Below, one piece after another: positions 36,244 through 46,298 of a stretch of 64,000 nucleotides of DNA. The stretch's first letter is position 1, and each line of letters starts with the position of its first letter. Origin of the DNA: Acidobacteriota bacterium (GTDB lineage: Bacteria > Acidobacteriota > Thermoanaerobaculia > Multivoradales > UBA5704); NCBI GenBank assembly GCA_040005235.1, contig JBDTZG010000022.1, positions 20,319 to 84,318 of the forward strand, in the 5' to 3' direction. The position numbers and the translations under genes were made by a program. A model generated the notes under the pieces. It was not told the origin of the DNA and did no database searches. It worked only from the letters and a program-made list of their open reading frames with translations.

Positions 36244-37686
36244 ATGAAGGATGCAAGGCTCGTTTTTGTCGTGTCGGCGCTCGTCGCGGCGCTCTTGATT
36301 CCCGCCGCCTCCGCCCGCGCGGCCTCGGCGCGTGAAACCGGCGCGGCGACCCAGACTCGGACCCTGCGCGTCGACTACTTCCATACCGGAAATGCGACGA
36401 CGGAGATGTTTTCGCTCGACCGAGTCGCCCTGGAACCGCTTCCCTGGGCGGGTAACCCCCGCCGGCCGTTCGACGACACCAACCTCGGCCTTTACTTCTT
36501 CGAGGTCGTCGATCGCGAAACGAACCGGACGATCTATTCGCGCGGCTTCGCCTCGATCTTCGGCGAATGGCAGACCACCGACGAGGCGAAGGAGCGGTGG
36601 GGGACGTTTTCCGAATCGTTCCGCTTTCCGCTTCCCGAGCGGCCGGTCCGCATCAGTCTCAAGAAGCGCGACGCGAGGAACGACTTCCACGAGATCTGGA
36701 GCCTCGTCGTCGACCCGGCCGGAATGTTCGTCGACACCTCAGCGCCGAACCCACCCGCCGCCCTGCTCGCGCTCGAAAACCACGGCGACCCGTCGGACAA
36801 GGTGGACCTGTTGATCTTGGGTGACGGATACACCAAGGAGCAACGTCCGAAGTTCGAGAAGGACGCGCGGCGGATGATCGAGATGCTATTCGGGCAGGAG
36901 CCGTTCAAGAGCCACCGCGCCGACTTCAACGTCTGGGGCTTGAGCCCCGCGGCACTCGACTCCGGAATCTCGCGCCCTTCAACCGGCATCCATCTGCGGA
37001 ATCCGATCGGCGCCACCTACGACGCGTTCGGCTCGGAGCGCTACGTCCTCACCTTCGACAACCGGGCCTTCCGGGAGGCGGCTCAATTCGCGCCCTACGA
37101 TTTCGTCGAGATCCTGGTCAACGCCCAAACTTACGGCGGCGGCGGAATCTTCGGCCTTTACGGCACGGTCGCCGCGGACAGCGTCTGGGCCCCGTACATC
37201 TTTGTCCACGAATTCGGCCATCATTTCGCCGGGCTCGCCGACGAGTACTACACCTCGGACGTCGCGACGAACAACGGCGCGGTGGTCGAGCCGTGGGAAA
37301 AGAACGCGACCGCCAACGCCGATCCGGCGACCGTCAAATGGAAGGCGTTGCTCTCCGCCGGAACCGCGCTCCCGACCCCTTGGAAGAAGACGGAGTTCGA
37401 GGCATTTCAGAAGGACACCCAGGCCCGCCGTCGAAAGATCCGCGCCGAACGGCGACCGGAGTCCGAGATGGATGACCTCTTCCGCGAAGAGCGCACCCAC
37501 GAAACGGATCTGCTGGGCAAGGACGCCAACTCCGGCAAGGTCGGAGCCTTCGAAGGGGCCAACTACCAGGCGACCGGCATGTTTAGGCCCCAGGAGGACT
37601 GCATCATGTTCACCCGCGACGAAGTCGGCTTCTGCGCCGTCTGCCGCGCGGCGATCGAGCAGGTGATCGAGCTGTACTCGAAATAG
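36244..37686 (+). CDS. Peptidase M64 (IgA peptidase-like), secreted
   Basis: TLRVDYFHTG, LILGDGYT, HEFGHHFAGLADEY and DCIM...FCAVC motifs. Confidence 0.92.
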   Translation: MKDARLVFVVSALVAALLIPAASARAASARETGAATQTRTLRVDYFHTGNATTEMFSLDRVALEPLPWAGNPRRPFDDTNLGLYFFEVVDRETNRTIYSRGFASIFGEWQTTDEAKERWGTFSESFRFPLPERPVRISLKKRDARNDFHEIWSLVVDPAGMFVDTSAPNPPAALLALENHGDPSDKVDLLILGDGYTKEQRPKFEKDARRMIEMLFGQEPFKSHRADFNVWGLSPAALDSGISRPSTGIHLRNPIGATYDAFGSERYVLTFDNRAFREAAQFAPYDFVEILVNAQTYGGGGIFGLYGTVAADSVWAPYIFVHEFGHHFAGLADEYYTSDVATNNGAVVEPWEKNATANADPATVKWKALLSAGTALPTPWKKTEFEAFQKDTQARRRKIRAERRPESEMDDLFREERTHETDLLGKDANSGKVGAFEGANYQATGMFRPQEDCIMFTRDEVGFCAVCRAAIEQVIELYSK

Positions 37687-37732
37687 AGCCAGGGGCACGA
37701 TCCCGGTAGGTCGTCGAATAAACTTCTCCCGT

Positions 37733-39364
37733 ATGGCTTTGATCTCCCGTCTACTCGGTCGGACCGGCTGGTCGCTTGAGGGGGTTTCGCTCCCTTGGGC
37801 GAACGGCGAGGTTTCGATTTACGAGCATGTCCAGGCGCATTTGGTGCCCGGTCGGCCGGGGCTTAGCGAAGGGGGCGAGGCTCTGCCGGACGAGGAGAGG
37901 CGGTCCCGATCCGGCGGGTTGCGGTGGGTGGCCGGCGGGCTCGATGGCACGTTTGCCCAGCATGGCGGTGCGGGAGCCGACGAGGCGGTTGCCGAGAGTC
38001 TGCATGAGGCGCTGGTGGCGCTCGGCGAGCGGGCGACCGCCCAGGCGCTTTCGGATTTGTACGCTCTGATGCTCCGGCATTCCGCCTTGGAGTCGGTCGA
38101 TGCGCTGAACGGGCGGATCGTCCGCGGCGGGATCGACCCGGCCAAGCTGCATACGATCGCGCGTTTCCTGGCCACCCGGGCGCCGGACCGCGAACCGGTC
38201 AAGATGGCGATCGCCTGGCTCGGCCTGCTGCGCGGCGGCGATGACGACGAGCTGCTGCGCGCTCTGGCCCGGCACGAGGAATTCACCCTCTACGCCGCGG
38301 TCGCGTTGGCCAACCGGCTGGAAGATCCGGAACGCACCCTGTTTTCGCTCGCCCGCCAGGTCGAGGGTTGGGGGCGAATCCACCTGATCGAGCGCCTGGC
38401 CGACAGCGAGAGCCCCGAAGTGCAGCGTTGGCTGGTGCGCGAGGGGTTCCGCAACAAGATCGACCTCTCATACACGGTGCTGATCGCGGCGCGCACCGGG
38501 CAGCTGCGCGAAGAGCTGGAACGAGGCTCTCCGGACCCGGAGCTGTTGGTCGCCGCGGGCGAGATCCTCTCGGCCCTGATCGAAGGCGGTCCATCGGCGA
38601 GCATGGACGATTACGAGGAGGGCGCCGCGGCGACCGCCCTCTATCTCGACCTGCTGGTCGAGCGGGCAGAGCGTCTGGAGGATTTGAACCACGCGTCGAC
38701 GATCCGCGGTTTCCTGGCCGAGGACGACGAGGAGGCCTGGACCGAGCGCGAAATCCATGGCTGGACGCCGGAGCTTCGCGAGCGGCTGATCGCCCGCTGC
38801 GACGAAGTTCTGGCGTGGCCGGGCTGGCGCGAAAAGATCGCCCTGGCCGTGCTGACCGGCGAAGCGGGCGACCGCGCGACATTCGCGGTGGCCGACCAGG
38901 CGGCCCGGGCGCTGGACATCGATCTGTGGGATGCGCACTTCCGGCGCGCCGAGGCGGAGCTGGACGCCTGGCATTGGGCGGCGATCGCCGCGACGAAAGA
39001 TCCGGAGCGCCGGCGGCGCGTTCTGGCGCTCGCCGAGGCGCGGCTCGACCTTGGACGGATCGGCTCGGGAGCGGGCCTGGACGTGGGCTTCGGTCCGAAG
39101 TTTGCGCAGGCTTCGTGCTTGGAGGTGATCCTGCCCGCGCTGCGTGAAACTCCCGGCGCGGGGGTTGCCCTGCTGCTCGCCGCCCTGCAGAGCCCGACGA
39201 TCCGCCTACGTCATCGGGCGCTCGACGTGATCGAGGCCTGGGGGCCGGACGCCCGGCCCGAACCGGTCGCCGAGGCGTTGCTCGCCGCCGCGGCGGTCGA
39301 GCCGGACGGCAAGCTGCAATTGCGGATCGCGGCGCTTCTCGCGGACCCCGAGCCTACGAACTGA
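37733..39364 (+). CDS. Conserved-looking hypothetical alpha-helical protein
   Basis: 543 aa with coding-like bias; segments such as HEEFTLYAAVAL and VEGWGRIHLIERL; no function recognised. Confidence 0.7.
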   Translation: MALISRLLGRTGWSLEGVSLPWANGEVSIYEHVQAHLVPGRPGLSEGGEALPDEERRSRSGGLRWVAGGLDGTFAQHGGAGADEAVAESLHEALVALGERATAQALSDLYALMLRHSALESVDALNGRIVRGGIDPAKLHTIARFLATRAPDREPVKMAIAWLGLLRGGDDDELLRALARHEEFTLYAAVALANRLEDPERTLFSLARQVEGWGRIHLIERLADSESPEVQRWLVREGFRNKIDLSYTVLIAARTGQLREELERGSPDPELLVAAGEILSALIEGGPSASMDDYEEGAAATALYLDLLVERAERLEDLNHASTIRGFLAEDDEEAWTEREIHGWTPELRERLIARCDEVLAWPGWREKIALAVLTGEAGDRATFAVADQAARALDIDLWDAHFRRAEAELDAWHWAAIAATKDPERRRRVLALAEARLDLGRIGSGAGLDVGFGPKFAQASCLEVILPALRETPGAGVALLLAALQSPTIRLRHRALDVIEAWGPDARPEPVAEALLAAAAVEPDGKLQLRIAALLADPEPTN

Positions 39365-39382
39365 TCGAGGGGCTGCAAACGC

Positions 39383-39422
39383 GGGCGAGACAGGCCTCGA
39401 GGACAGCATGCCTCGCCCCTAC
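39383..39422 (-). repeat. GTAG-type REP-like palindrome between convergent genes
   Basis: Minus strand GTAG-GGGCGAGGCA...TGTCTCGCCC imperfect hairpin. Confidence 0.55.
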
Positions 39423-39453
39423 GAACAATGCCGGGACGGCGCCCGGAGCTCGA

Positions 39454-39663
39454 TCAGTCGGCGAGCACGAAGGTCACGCGCATGGTGACCCGATAGCCCA
39501 CGACTTTGCCCTTTTCGATGTGGACGTGCTGCTCGGAAACCCAGGCGCTACGCATGTTCTTGAGCGTTTTGCCGGCGCGCTTGATTCCTTCTTGCACGGC
39601 GGCTTCGAAGCTGTCGGGGTGCTCGGCGCTGATTTCGATGACCTTGGCGACGGAAGAGCTCAT
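39454..39663 (-). CDS. Dodecin-family protein
   Basis: VAKVIEISA...SFEAAVQEGIKRA.KTL...W...YRV...VTF, 69 aa. Confidence 0.92.
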   Translation of the reverse strand: MSSSVAKVIEISAEHPDSFEAAVQEGIKRAGKTLKNMRSAWVSEQHVHIEKGKVVGYRVTMRVTFVLAD

Positions 39664-39711
39664 GTGGACCTCGGATCTCTTTAAGTTACGGCGGTTGGCG
39701 GATCTGGATTT

Positions 39712-41814
39712 TCAGTCGAGCGGCTCGGGACGTGCGACTCCGTAGCCCTGTACGTAGTCTACGCCGATCTGCTGGAGGGTCGCGAGGATCTCGTCGCTTT
39801 CCATCGACTCGGCGATCGTCGCGATGCCGAGCAATTGGCCGATCTGGTGGATCGATTCGACCAGCGCGCGCTGGATCGAGCTCTCATTGATGTCGCGCAC
39901 GAAGCCGCCGTCGATCTTCAAGAAATCGACGTCGAGGTTCTTTAGGTAGGCGAACGACGACAGGCCGGTGCCGAAATCGTCGAGCACGAAACGGCAACCG
40001 CGCGCTTTGAGCGTGCGGATGAACTGCTGGGCGCGGGCGAGGTTCGCCACCGCCGCGGTTTCGGTCACTTCGAACAGGATGCTGCCGGGAGGAACGCCGC
40101 TGCGGTCGAGCTGCTCGATCACGTCGACGAGGAAACTCTCCTCGTCGATCGACCGGCCGGAGAGATTGATCGCCCAGTGCAGCTCCTTGGCGCTGGAACG
40201 CTGCTTCTCGACCAGGTTTTGGAACGCGTTCTTGACCACCCAGCGATCGATGCGCGAGATCAGCCGGTAGCGCTCCGCGGCGGGGATGAACGAGCCGGGC
40301 AGCGCGACCTGACCCTGCTCGTCGCGCATCCGAATGAAGATCTCCGACAGCTCCGGCCCGCCGTTTCTTCGGTTCAGCGGGCGAATCTCCTGGCGGAGTA
40401 GAAAGAACCGATCCTCGTCCAGGGCGTTCTGAATCCGGTGGACCCATTGCATCGCGCCGTACCGCTCGACTAAAGCGGCGTCATCCTCCTGGTACTCGTG
40501 GACCCGGCTCCGGCCGCCTTCCTTGGCGACGTAACAGGCGGCGTCGGCCGCGGCGAGCAGCTGCACCCGGTCGGGTCCACCGGCGGTGATCGGCACCAGG
40601 CCGATCGAAACTCCGACCTGGAAGGTGCGCTCCTGCCAGGCGAAGCGGAACGAGCGGACGGCGGCGCAGACCTCCTGCGCGATCCGGCGCGCGCGGTCGA
40701 GATCCGCATCTTCGAGCAGGATGCCGAATTCGTCGCCGCCGAGGCGCGCCAGGATGTCGTTCGGCCGAATCCGCGCCCGCAGCAGGGTCGCCAGCTGGCG
40801 GAGCAACTCGTCGCCCGCCAGATGCCCGGCGGTATCGTTGACCAGCTTGAACTCGTCGAGGTCGAGGTAGAGCATCGCATGGCGACGACCTTCGCCGCAT
40901 GCGCTCGCGACGCAGGTATCCATCAGCTCTTCGAACTCGCGCCGGTTGAGCAGCCCGGTGAGCCCGTCGTGGCGCGCGAGGTAGCTCATCTCGCGCTCCA
41001 TCCGGCGAATCCGGGTAACGTCCTTGAACACCAGGACGGTGCCGCGGATGGTGCCCGAACGATCCCGGATCGGGGCGACGGAATCCTGGACGGCAAACTC
41101 GACACCGTCCCGGCGGACGAGGGTGGCGCCGCCCGGAAGCTCGACCACCCTACCTTCCGAAAGACAGGTGGCGATCGGATCGAAACCGATCGGCCGGCCC
41201 CGCTCGTCGACCAGCTGGAGGACGCGGAGAGCCGGCTGACCCAGCGCCTCGGCGGCGAGCCATCCGGTGAGGTGCTCGGCGACCGGGTTCAAATAGTCGA
41301 TGCGGCCTTCCGGATCGGTGCGGATCACCCCGTCGCCGATCGAGGCGAGGGTGACCTGGGCGCGCTCCCGCTCGAGCTCCAGGCGGGCCTGGTTTTCCTG
41401 CAGGGCGATTTCCGCCTGTTTGCGGTCGGTGATGTCGATCGCCGAAAGCAGGCCGGCCCAACCGTCCGCCATCATGACGCGCGTCGCGTTGACCTGCATC
41501 CACCGCTCGGTGCCGTCCTTGCGGATGATTTTCACCTCGACGTTGCCGACGAAATCCTCGCCCGCAATTCGGCGCTTCGACCGTTCGACCACGAGCGCCT
41601 GATCGTCGGGATGGACCAACAGCGTGATCGGTCGGCCGACTAGCTCGGCGGCGGAAAAGCCGGTCAGCCGCTCGCTCGCCGGATTGACGTAAAGGTAAAC
41701 CTCCCGGTAGACGAGGATCGCGATTTCCGTCGTCTCGGCCAGGGAACGGAACCAGCTGTCGGTGGCGGCGAACGGTGCGTTTCCGTCGACCGCAGATTCG
41801 ATGGAGGTTGTCAC
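39712..41814 (-). CDS. PAS-PAS-GGDEF-EAL c-di-GMP metabolism protein
   Basis: ARLGGDEF, EIFIR (EAL variant), LDDFGTG, LKIDG and YVQGY motifs. Confidence 0.93.
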   Translation of the reverse strand: MTTSIESAVDGNAPFAATDSWFRSLAETTEIAILVYREVYLYVNPASERLTGFSAAELVGRPITLLVHPDDQALVVERSKRRIAGEDFVGNVEVKIIRKDGTERWMQVNATRVMMADGWAGLLSAIDITDRKQAEIALQENQARLELERERAQVTLASIGDGVIRTDPEGRIDYLNPVAEHLTGWLAAEALGQPALRVLQLVDERGRPIGFDPIATCLSEGRVVELPGGATLVRRDGVEFAVQDSVAPIRDRSGTIRGTVLVFKDVTRIRRMEREMSYLARHDGLTGLLNRREFEELMDTCVASACGEGRRHAMLYLDLDEFKLVNDTAGHLAGDELLRQLATLLRARIRPNDILARLGGDEFGILLEDADLDRARRIAQEVCAAVRSFRFAWQERTFQVGVSIGLVPITAGGPDRVQLLAAADAACYVAKEGGRSRVHEYQEDDAALVERYGAMQWVHRIQNALDEDRFFLLRQEIRPLNRRNGGPELSEIFIRMRDEQGQVALPGSFIPAAERYRLISRIDRWVVKNAFQNLVEKQRSSAKELHWAINLSGRSIDEESFLVDVIEQLDRSGVPPGSILFEVTETAAVANLARAQQFIRTLKARGCRFVLDDFGTGLSSFAYLKNLDVDFLKIDGGFVRDINESSIQRALVESIHQIGQLLGIATIAESMESDEILATLQQIGVDYVQGYGVARPEPLD

Positions 41815-41869
41815 GGCTCACTCGCATTCCAGATGAAAACAAAAATTGGAGTAACGAGTGTTTCCTTGA

Positions 41870-41885
41870 AGCAATTTCCGTGCCC
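41870..41885 (-). promoter_or_regulatory. sigma54 -24/-12 promoter for the GGDEF-EAL gene
   Basis: Minus strand GGGCACGGAAATTGCT matches GGCACG-N4-TTGC. Confidence 0.75.
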
Positions 41886-41892
41886 CTCGATC

Positions 41893-44784
41893 TCAGCGCG
41901 GACGCCAGACCAGCACCAGCCAGCCACGCCGTTGCCCGATCTCATCCGGCCGCGGATCGGCGACGATCTGCGCCACGCCCGCTCGGGCCTCGAACGCCGG
42001 AAGTCCGGCGAGCGGATAGGGGCCGAGACGAAATCGCCGTTCGATTCCGGCGAGCGCGAGGAGATCTGAAGCGACCCGATGCCGTTCGTACAGGAGGTGG
42101 AACGGCAGGTCGGGAACCGAGAGATCGGCCTGCCATCGCTCGTAGCGGTCCCCCAAGAGCGCCCCGGGAGCGAGGGCGGAGACCTCGATACGCTCGGGTG
42201 ACCGGGGGCCGAGGCCGCTCGGCGGACCGCCCACCTGCAACCGGTCGAAATCGAACCGGGCACCCGTAACCCGGGCGCTCCGAAGCTCCAGGTCGAGGCC
42301 CCAGGAATCCTGTTCGAGGGAAGCGCCGAACGTGCCGCCGAGGGTCCGAATCCCCGATCCGACGGCGCCGTAGAGCGCGATCCGGGGCTCGAAATGGAGC
42401 TTGCCGCGCGCGAGGGAGGCCACCCCGCCCAGTTCTAAGCCCGCCCGAGAACGGCTCTCCGTCCGGTCAGACCCGACGGGATCGATCCGTTCCATCAAGG
42501 CGCTCGCGAGGACTTCCGTGCGCAGCGGACCGAAGCGTCGTTCGAGGTCCGCGGACAGCTCGACGCCCGACCGATCGAGATCGAGGCCGCGGCCAAGCGG
42601 CGGGCGAGTCGCGCCGGAAGGTCGTTCGGAGAGATCGAATCCGCGGAGCGAGATCTCCACCGGCAGACCGCGGCCCGTGACTTCGAGGCTTGCGCCCCGG
42701 GGAACCGCACCCCCGCCGATTCCCCCGAGCGCGAGGATCTCGAACCGGCCGAGGGGATCTCCGACCCGGACGCCGAGCTCGCTCCGATTCCCCGCGGCGG
42801 TCGCGAGCGATCCGGCGATCAACGGAAGCCACTCCGGGCGGCCCAGGCCATAGGGCCGGCCGGGGGCCACGGTCTCGGCGTTGAATTCAACCGGCGAGGC
42901 CGGCGGTACCGGGCGCACGGCGGGCGCGAAGTCGGTGGGCGGAAGGTTGGCCGCAAGGGGCGGCGAAGCGATCGGTACGCTCGGGTCGCTCGGCAGGTCG
43001 ATCCGGCGCAGGTCGAGCCCCTGCGGTTCGAGCGACAGGTAAAAGAGCGCCCGGCCATCCGGTGTCGGAGTGGGAGAGAACGCGGCGCCCGCCGTGCGGG
43101 TGATCGCGGTCTGCCCGGCCGTTCCTTCCGCAGGAAACCCGACGAGGTCGATCCGCCCCTCGCGGCCGAGACTCGCGTAGATCGTGGCGCCGTCGGCGCT
43201 CCAGGCCGGCGCAGCAGGATTTGAGGGGCCCCCTTCGGATCCCTCGCCCCCCTTGGCAACCGGCAGCTCACGCTCGGCGCCGGTTTCGAGGTCGCGGATC
43301 ATCAGATGCCAGGCACCGTCCGCGTGGCGCAGGAACGCCAGGCGGGACCCGTCGCGCGACAGGCGCGGTGCGTCGTAAATCTCCTCGACCGAAGGCTCGG
43401 TGATCGGAGCGACCGCGCCGGTCAAAAGATCGACCCGGACGATCTGAGAAAATCCGTGACGCTGGCGCAAGGCGACCGCCCAGGAGCCGTCGGCGCTCGG
43501 ATCGGCATCGCGCAGGTCGGCACCGCGGGTGAGCCTTCGGACCTCGCCGGTGGACAGGATCCAGGCAAACAGGTCGGGATGAAGGTAGCCCAGAAGATCG
43601 GGCTCGAAGCGGACGAAGAGAATCCCGTCTTCGCCCAAAAACCGCGGCATCGAAGGGGCTCTCCCCCCGGACGCCGGCAACCGAAAGCGAGGCCGCCGCG
43701 CCGGAGGCCCATACCTCACCGCCGGAACGTCCTCCGGATCTCGCGCGCTCTTTTTGCTTTTCCCGTCCTTGCCGTCTTGGCTGTCCCCCACGCCAAACAC
43801 CACCAACTCCCCCGGCTCGTCCCGCCGGTCGAGGACCACCGCCAACCGCTCCCCGGAACGCGATAGGGCGGGAGCGCCCGCGCCGCGCGGGAGATCCTGC
43901 CAAAGCTCCCCTTCGCGCAAGGGGGCGAGCCGCTTTTCGATCTCGATCGCCTGTGCCGACAGCTCGGCGCGGAATCGGTCCCAAAGGTCGCGCGGCGAGC
44001 TGCCCGCCGGCCCGGCGAACACACCCCCGAAGCTGTGGTCGAACGAACGCGGGGTCCGTGCCGTCATGCGCGCCCAGAGGTTCTTCAAGCTCCCCGGACC
44101 CGCGCGCCGCTCCAGCCATTCGAGGTAGGCCGACCCGGCGAGGTAAGCCATCGACATGCCGAGATAGCCGTCGCGGTCGCTCGCCAGGCGGTCGTAACTC
44201 GGAAGTTTGCCCGCCGCCGCCCAACGACGGAGGATGGCGGCGCGCAGGTCGCCGTTCGGGCGGCCGGACCCGGTGAGCCGGCCCTCGACGACCGTGGCAT
44301 ACCCTTCGCTCACCCAGCGCGGCGCGGCAAGCGCGAGCGGTCCGGCCGGCAGCAGCCCGCGCAGCGCGTTACGCGAAGGGCGCAACAGGTGGACCAGATG
44401 GGTCTCTTCGTGGACCGCGAGCAGCTCGATCCAATCCCGGTAGTGGCCGATCGTCGAACCGGCGTCGGGCGGGCTGGTCCAGAGCACCATGCGCGGCCGG
44501 CAGAGCAGCGGCAACGCCATGCCGTTCGGCTCGGCCACCGGATCGGAGACGAAGACGTCGACGATTTGCGGCGGCTCGTAGCCCACCTCGTCGATCACCG
44601 CAGCGCGGATCGACTCCAGCCGCGAAGCGGCGCGGAGCGCCCAGGCCTCGGTCTCCGCGGGGTAATGAACGCGGAAATGCTCCGTCGACGCCGTGCGCCA
44701 ATCGGCCGCGGGTCCTTGGGCGGTCGACGGCGCGGCGATCACAAAAGCGCCGGCGATCGCCGTTCCCAGCAGGCGCGCGCGCAT
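41893..44784 (-). CDS. Secreted protein: zinc-peptidase-like domain + TolB/PD40 beta-propeller + beta-strand-rich C-terminus
   Basis: Signal peptide; VHEETHLVH...WVSEGYA; PD40-like repeats (PAWSADG, PTPTPDG). Confidence 0.75.
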   Translation of the reverse strand: MRARLLGTAIAGAFVIAAPSTAQGPAADWRTASTEHFRVHYPAETEAWALRAASRLESIRAAVIDEVGYEPPQIVDVFVSDPVAEPNGMALPLLCRPRMVLWTSPPDAGSTIGHYRDWIELLAVHEETHLVHLLRPSRNALRGLLPAGPLALAAPRWVSEGYATVVEGRLTGSGRPNGDLRAAILRRWAAAGKLPSYDRLASDRDGYLGMSMAYLAGSAYLEWLERRAGPGSLKNLWARMTARTPRSFDHSFGGVFAGPAGSSPRDLWDRFRAELSAQAIEIEKRLAPLREGELWQDLPRGAGAPALSRSGERLAVVLDRRDEPGELVVFGVGDSQDGKDGKSKKSARDPEDVPAVRYGPPARRPRFRLPASGGRAPSMPRFLGEDGILFVRFEPDLLGYLHPDLFAWILSTGEVRRLTRGADLRDADPSADGSWAVALRQRHGFSQIVRVDLLTGAVAPITEPSVEEIYDAPRLSRDGSRLAFLRHADGAWHLMIRDLETGAERELPVAKGGEGSEGGPSNPAAPAWSADGATIYASLGREGRIDLVGFPAEGTAGQTAITRTAGAAFSPTPTPDGRALFYLSLEPQGLDLRRIDLPSDPSVPIASPPLAANLPPTDFAPAVRPVPPASPVEFNAETVAPGRPYGLGRPEWLPLIAGSLATAAGNRSELGVRVGDPLGRFEILALGGIGGGAVPRGASLEVTGRGLPVEISLRGFDLSERPSGATRPPLGRGLDLDRSGVELSADLERRFGPLRTEVLASALMERIDPVGSDRTESRSRAGLELGGVASLARGKLHFEPRIALYGAVGSGIRTLGGTFGASLEQDSWGLDLELRSARVTGARFDFDRLQVGGPPSGLGPRSPERIEVSALAPGALLGDRYERWQADLSVPDLPFHLLYERHRVASDLLALAGIERRFRLGPYPLAGLPAFEARAGVAQIVADPRPDEIGQRRGWLVLVWRPR

Positions 44785-44828
44785 CGAAACCCGGAGCTTC
44801 ACGGTCTCGGCTTCATGGGGTCGGGTTT

Positions 44829-45092
44829 TCAGACCTTGGGCGGCAGGTCGCGAGCCTGGGGCTCGTCCTCGAAGGCGTGGTGGTTGTGCGAGCCGTCGCA
44901 AAACGGCTTGTTCTTCGACTGGCCGCAACGGCAAAGCGAAATCGTGGTGCGGCCACCGAGGCCGTACGCGCTGCCGGCGGGGTCGAGCAGTTGAATGTCG
45001 TCGCCTGTGACGCGGAACGGACCGTTCCGGATCACCGTGACTTTGATCGGACTGGCTGCAATCGGATCGGCCGGGATTTCTAGCTCGCTCAT
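44829..45092 (-). CDS. CDGSH iron-sulfur domain protein
   Basis: NGPFRV...LCRCGQSKNKPFCDGSH; GGAGG RBS. Confidence 0.93.
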   Translation of the reverse strand: MSELEIPADPIAASPIKVTVIRNGPFRVTGDDIQLLDPAGSAYGLGGRTTISLCRCGQSKNKPFCDGSHNHHAFEDEPQARDLPPKV

Positions 45093-45215
45093 CGAACCTC
45101 CTCTTACCTGCGTCGACCTTACAGCTTCCCGCGGACCGGCAAGGGCGTCAAGCGTGAAGTAAGATCGGTCGCCCTCGCGCCCGCTCCGATTCGGCCACGC
45201 GGAAGAGCCTTCGAC

Positions 45216-46298
45216 ATGGATTTCCTCGCTTCGTTTCGCCGATTCAACTTCTCGCGCCTGCGGCGCCCCTTTGTGGTCGGGCTGCTCTTGGTCGCGCTCT
45301 GGTTCACCTGGCGGCTGGTCGCGAACCTCGATTGGCGCGATCTGGTCCACCGCGCGGCGGCCGCTAATTTGCCCCTTCTTGCCCTGGCGCTCGCCTGCCT
45401 GGTCGGCAGCTACCTGTTCTGGGATCGCCGCCTGGCGATCGCCGCCGAGCGGGCGGTCGATGTTCGGCCCCGGCTCGGGCTCGGGTTTTTCGTTCTCTAT
45501 GCCACGGCCGCGCTCAATCTGCTCACCCCCTCGGCCCGGGTGTTGGGCGGACCGCTGCGCGCCCGCTACATTGCCCGCGCGATCGGGCGGCCTTTCGCGC
45601 CGCTCTACGGGGTGATCCTCTACGACCAGTTGGCGCATTTGGTCGTGATGACCTCCTGGACCGGGCTTGCGCTGGTCTCGACCGCCTGGCTTCTCGGCCG
45701 GCCTTGGCTGGTCGCCGGAACCCTCGCGGTTTACGCGGGGCTCGCGGTCGCCTCTTTCGGCCTGGGATCGCGAGCCGGAAATGGGGCGCTCGCCGGATTC
45801 TTCGCCCGCCGCGCCGAGCGGGGCGGGCGGGGAGAGCGGCTCTACGGCCAAGGCCGCGAGGCGGCGCAGACGCTGGAAACCCTGGCCGGCGAACGGCGGC
45901 TGCGCCTGCCCGCCGCGGCGCTCGGCAGCGGGTTCTTCCTCGTCTCCGCCCTGGCCCAATGGCTCATTTTCGCGGCGCTCGGCCGGCCGGAGAGCCCCCT
46001 CGTGGTGATCGCGGTGGTCGCACTTGGCGCCTCGGCCGGAATGCTCACGGGAACCCCCGGCGGAGTGGGCACTACGGAGGCCGCGATGGTGGCGCTCTAC
46101 GGCGCGCTCGGCGTCGGCCCGGGCGAGGCCGCGGCGGCGACCCTGATGTTCCGCGGCCTGCACTACGTGAGCGTGATGGCGCTCGGCATCCCCGCCTTGA
46201 TCGTTCTGGAGCTGCGGTACGGAGCGCGGTTCGGCAAACCCCAGGCCGAGGCTGAGTCGTTGCCCGAAACCGAAACCTCCGTGGAGTCCGCCGCATGA
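45216..46298 (+). CDS. Lysylphosphatidylglycerol-synthase TM / flippase-like protein
   Basis: NLLTPSARVLGGPLRA, TPGGVGTTEAAM and TLMFRG motifs. Confidence 0.82.
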   Translation: MDFLASFRRFNFSRLRRPFVVGLLLVALWFTWRLVANLDWRDLVHRAAAANLPLLALALACLVGSYLFWDRRLAIAAERAVDVRPRLGLGFFVLYATAALNLLTPSARVLGGPLRARYIARAIGRPFAPLYGVILYDQLAHLVVMTSWTGLALVSTAWLLGRPWLVAGTLAVYAGLAVASFGLGSRAGNGALAGFFARRAERGGRGERLYGQGREAAQTLETLAGERRLRLPAAALGSGFFLVSALAQWLIFAALGRPESPLVVIAVVALGASAGMLTGTPGGVGTTEAAMVALYGALGVGPGEAAAATLMFRGLHYVSVMALGIPALIVLELRYGARFGKPQAEAESLPETETSVESAA

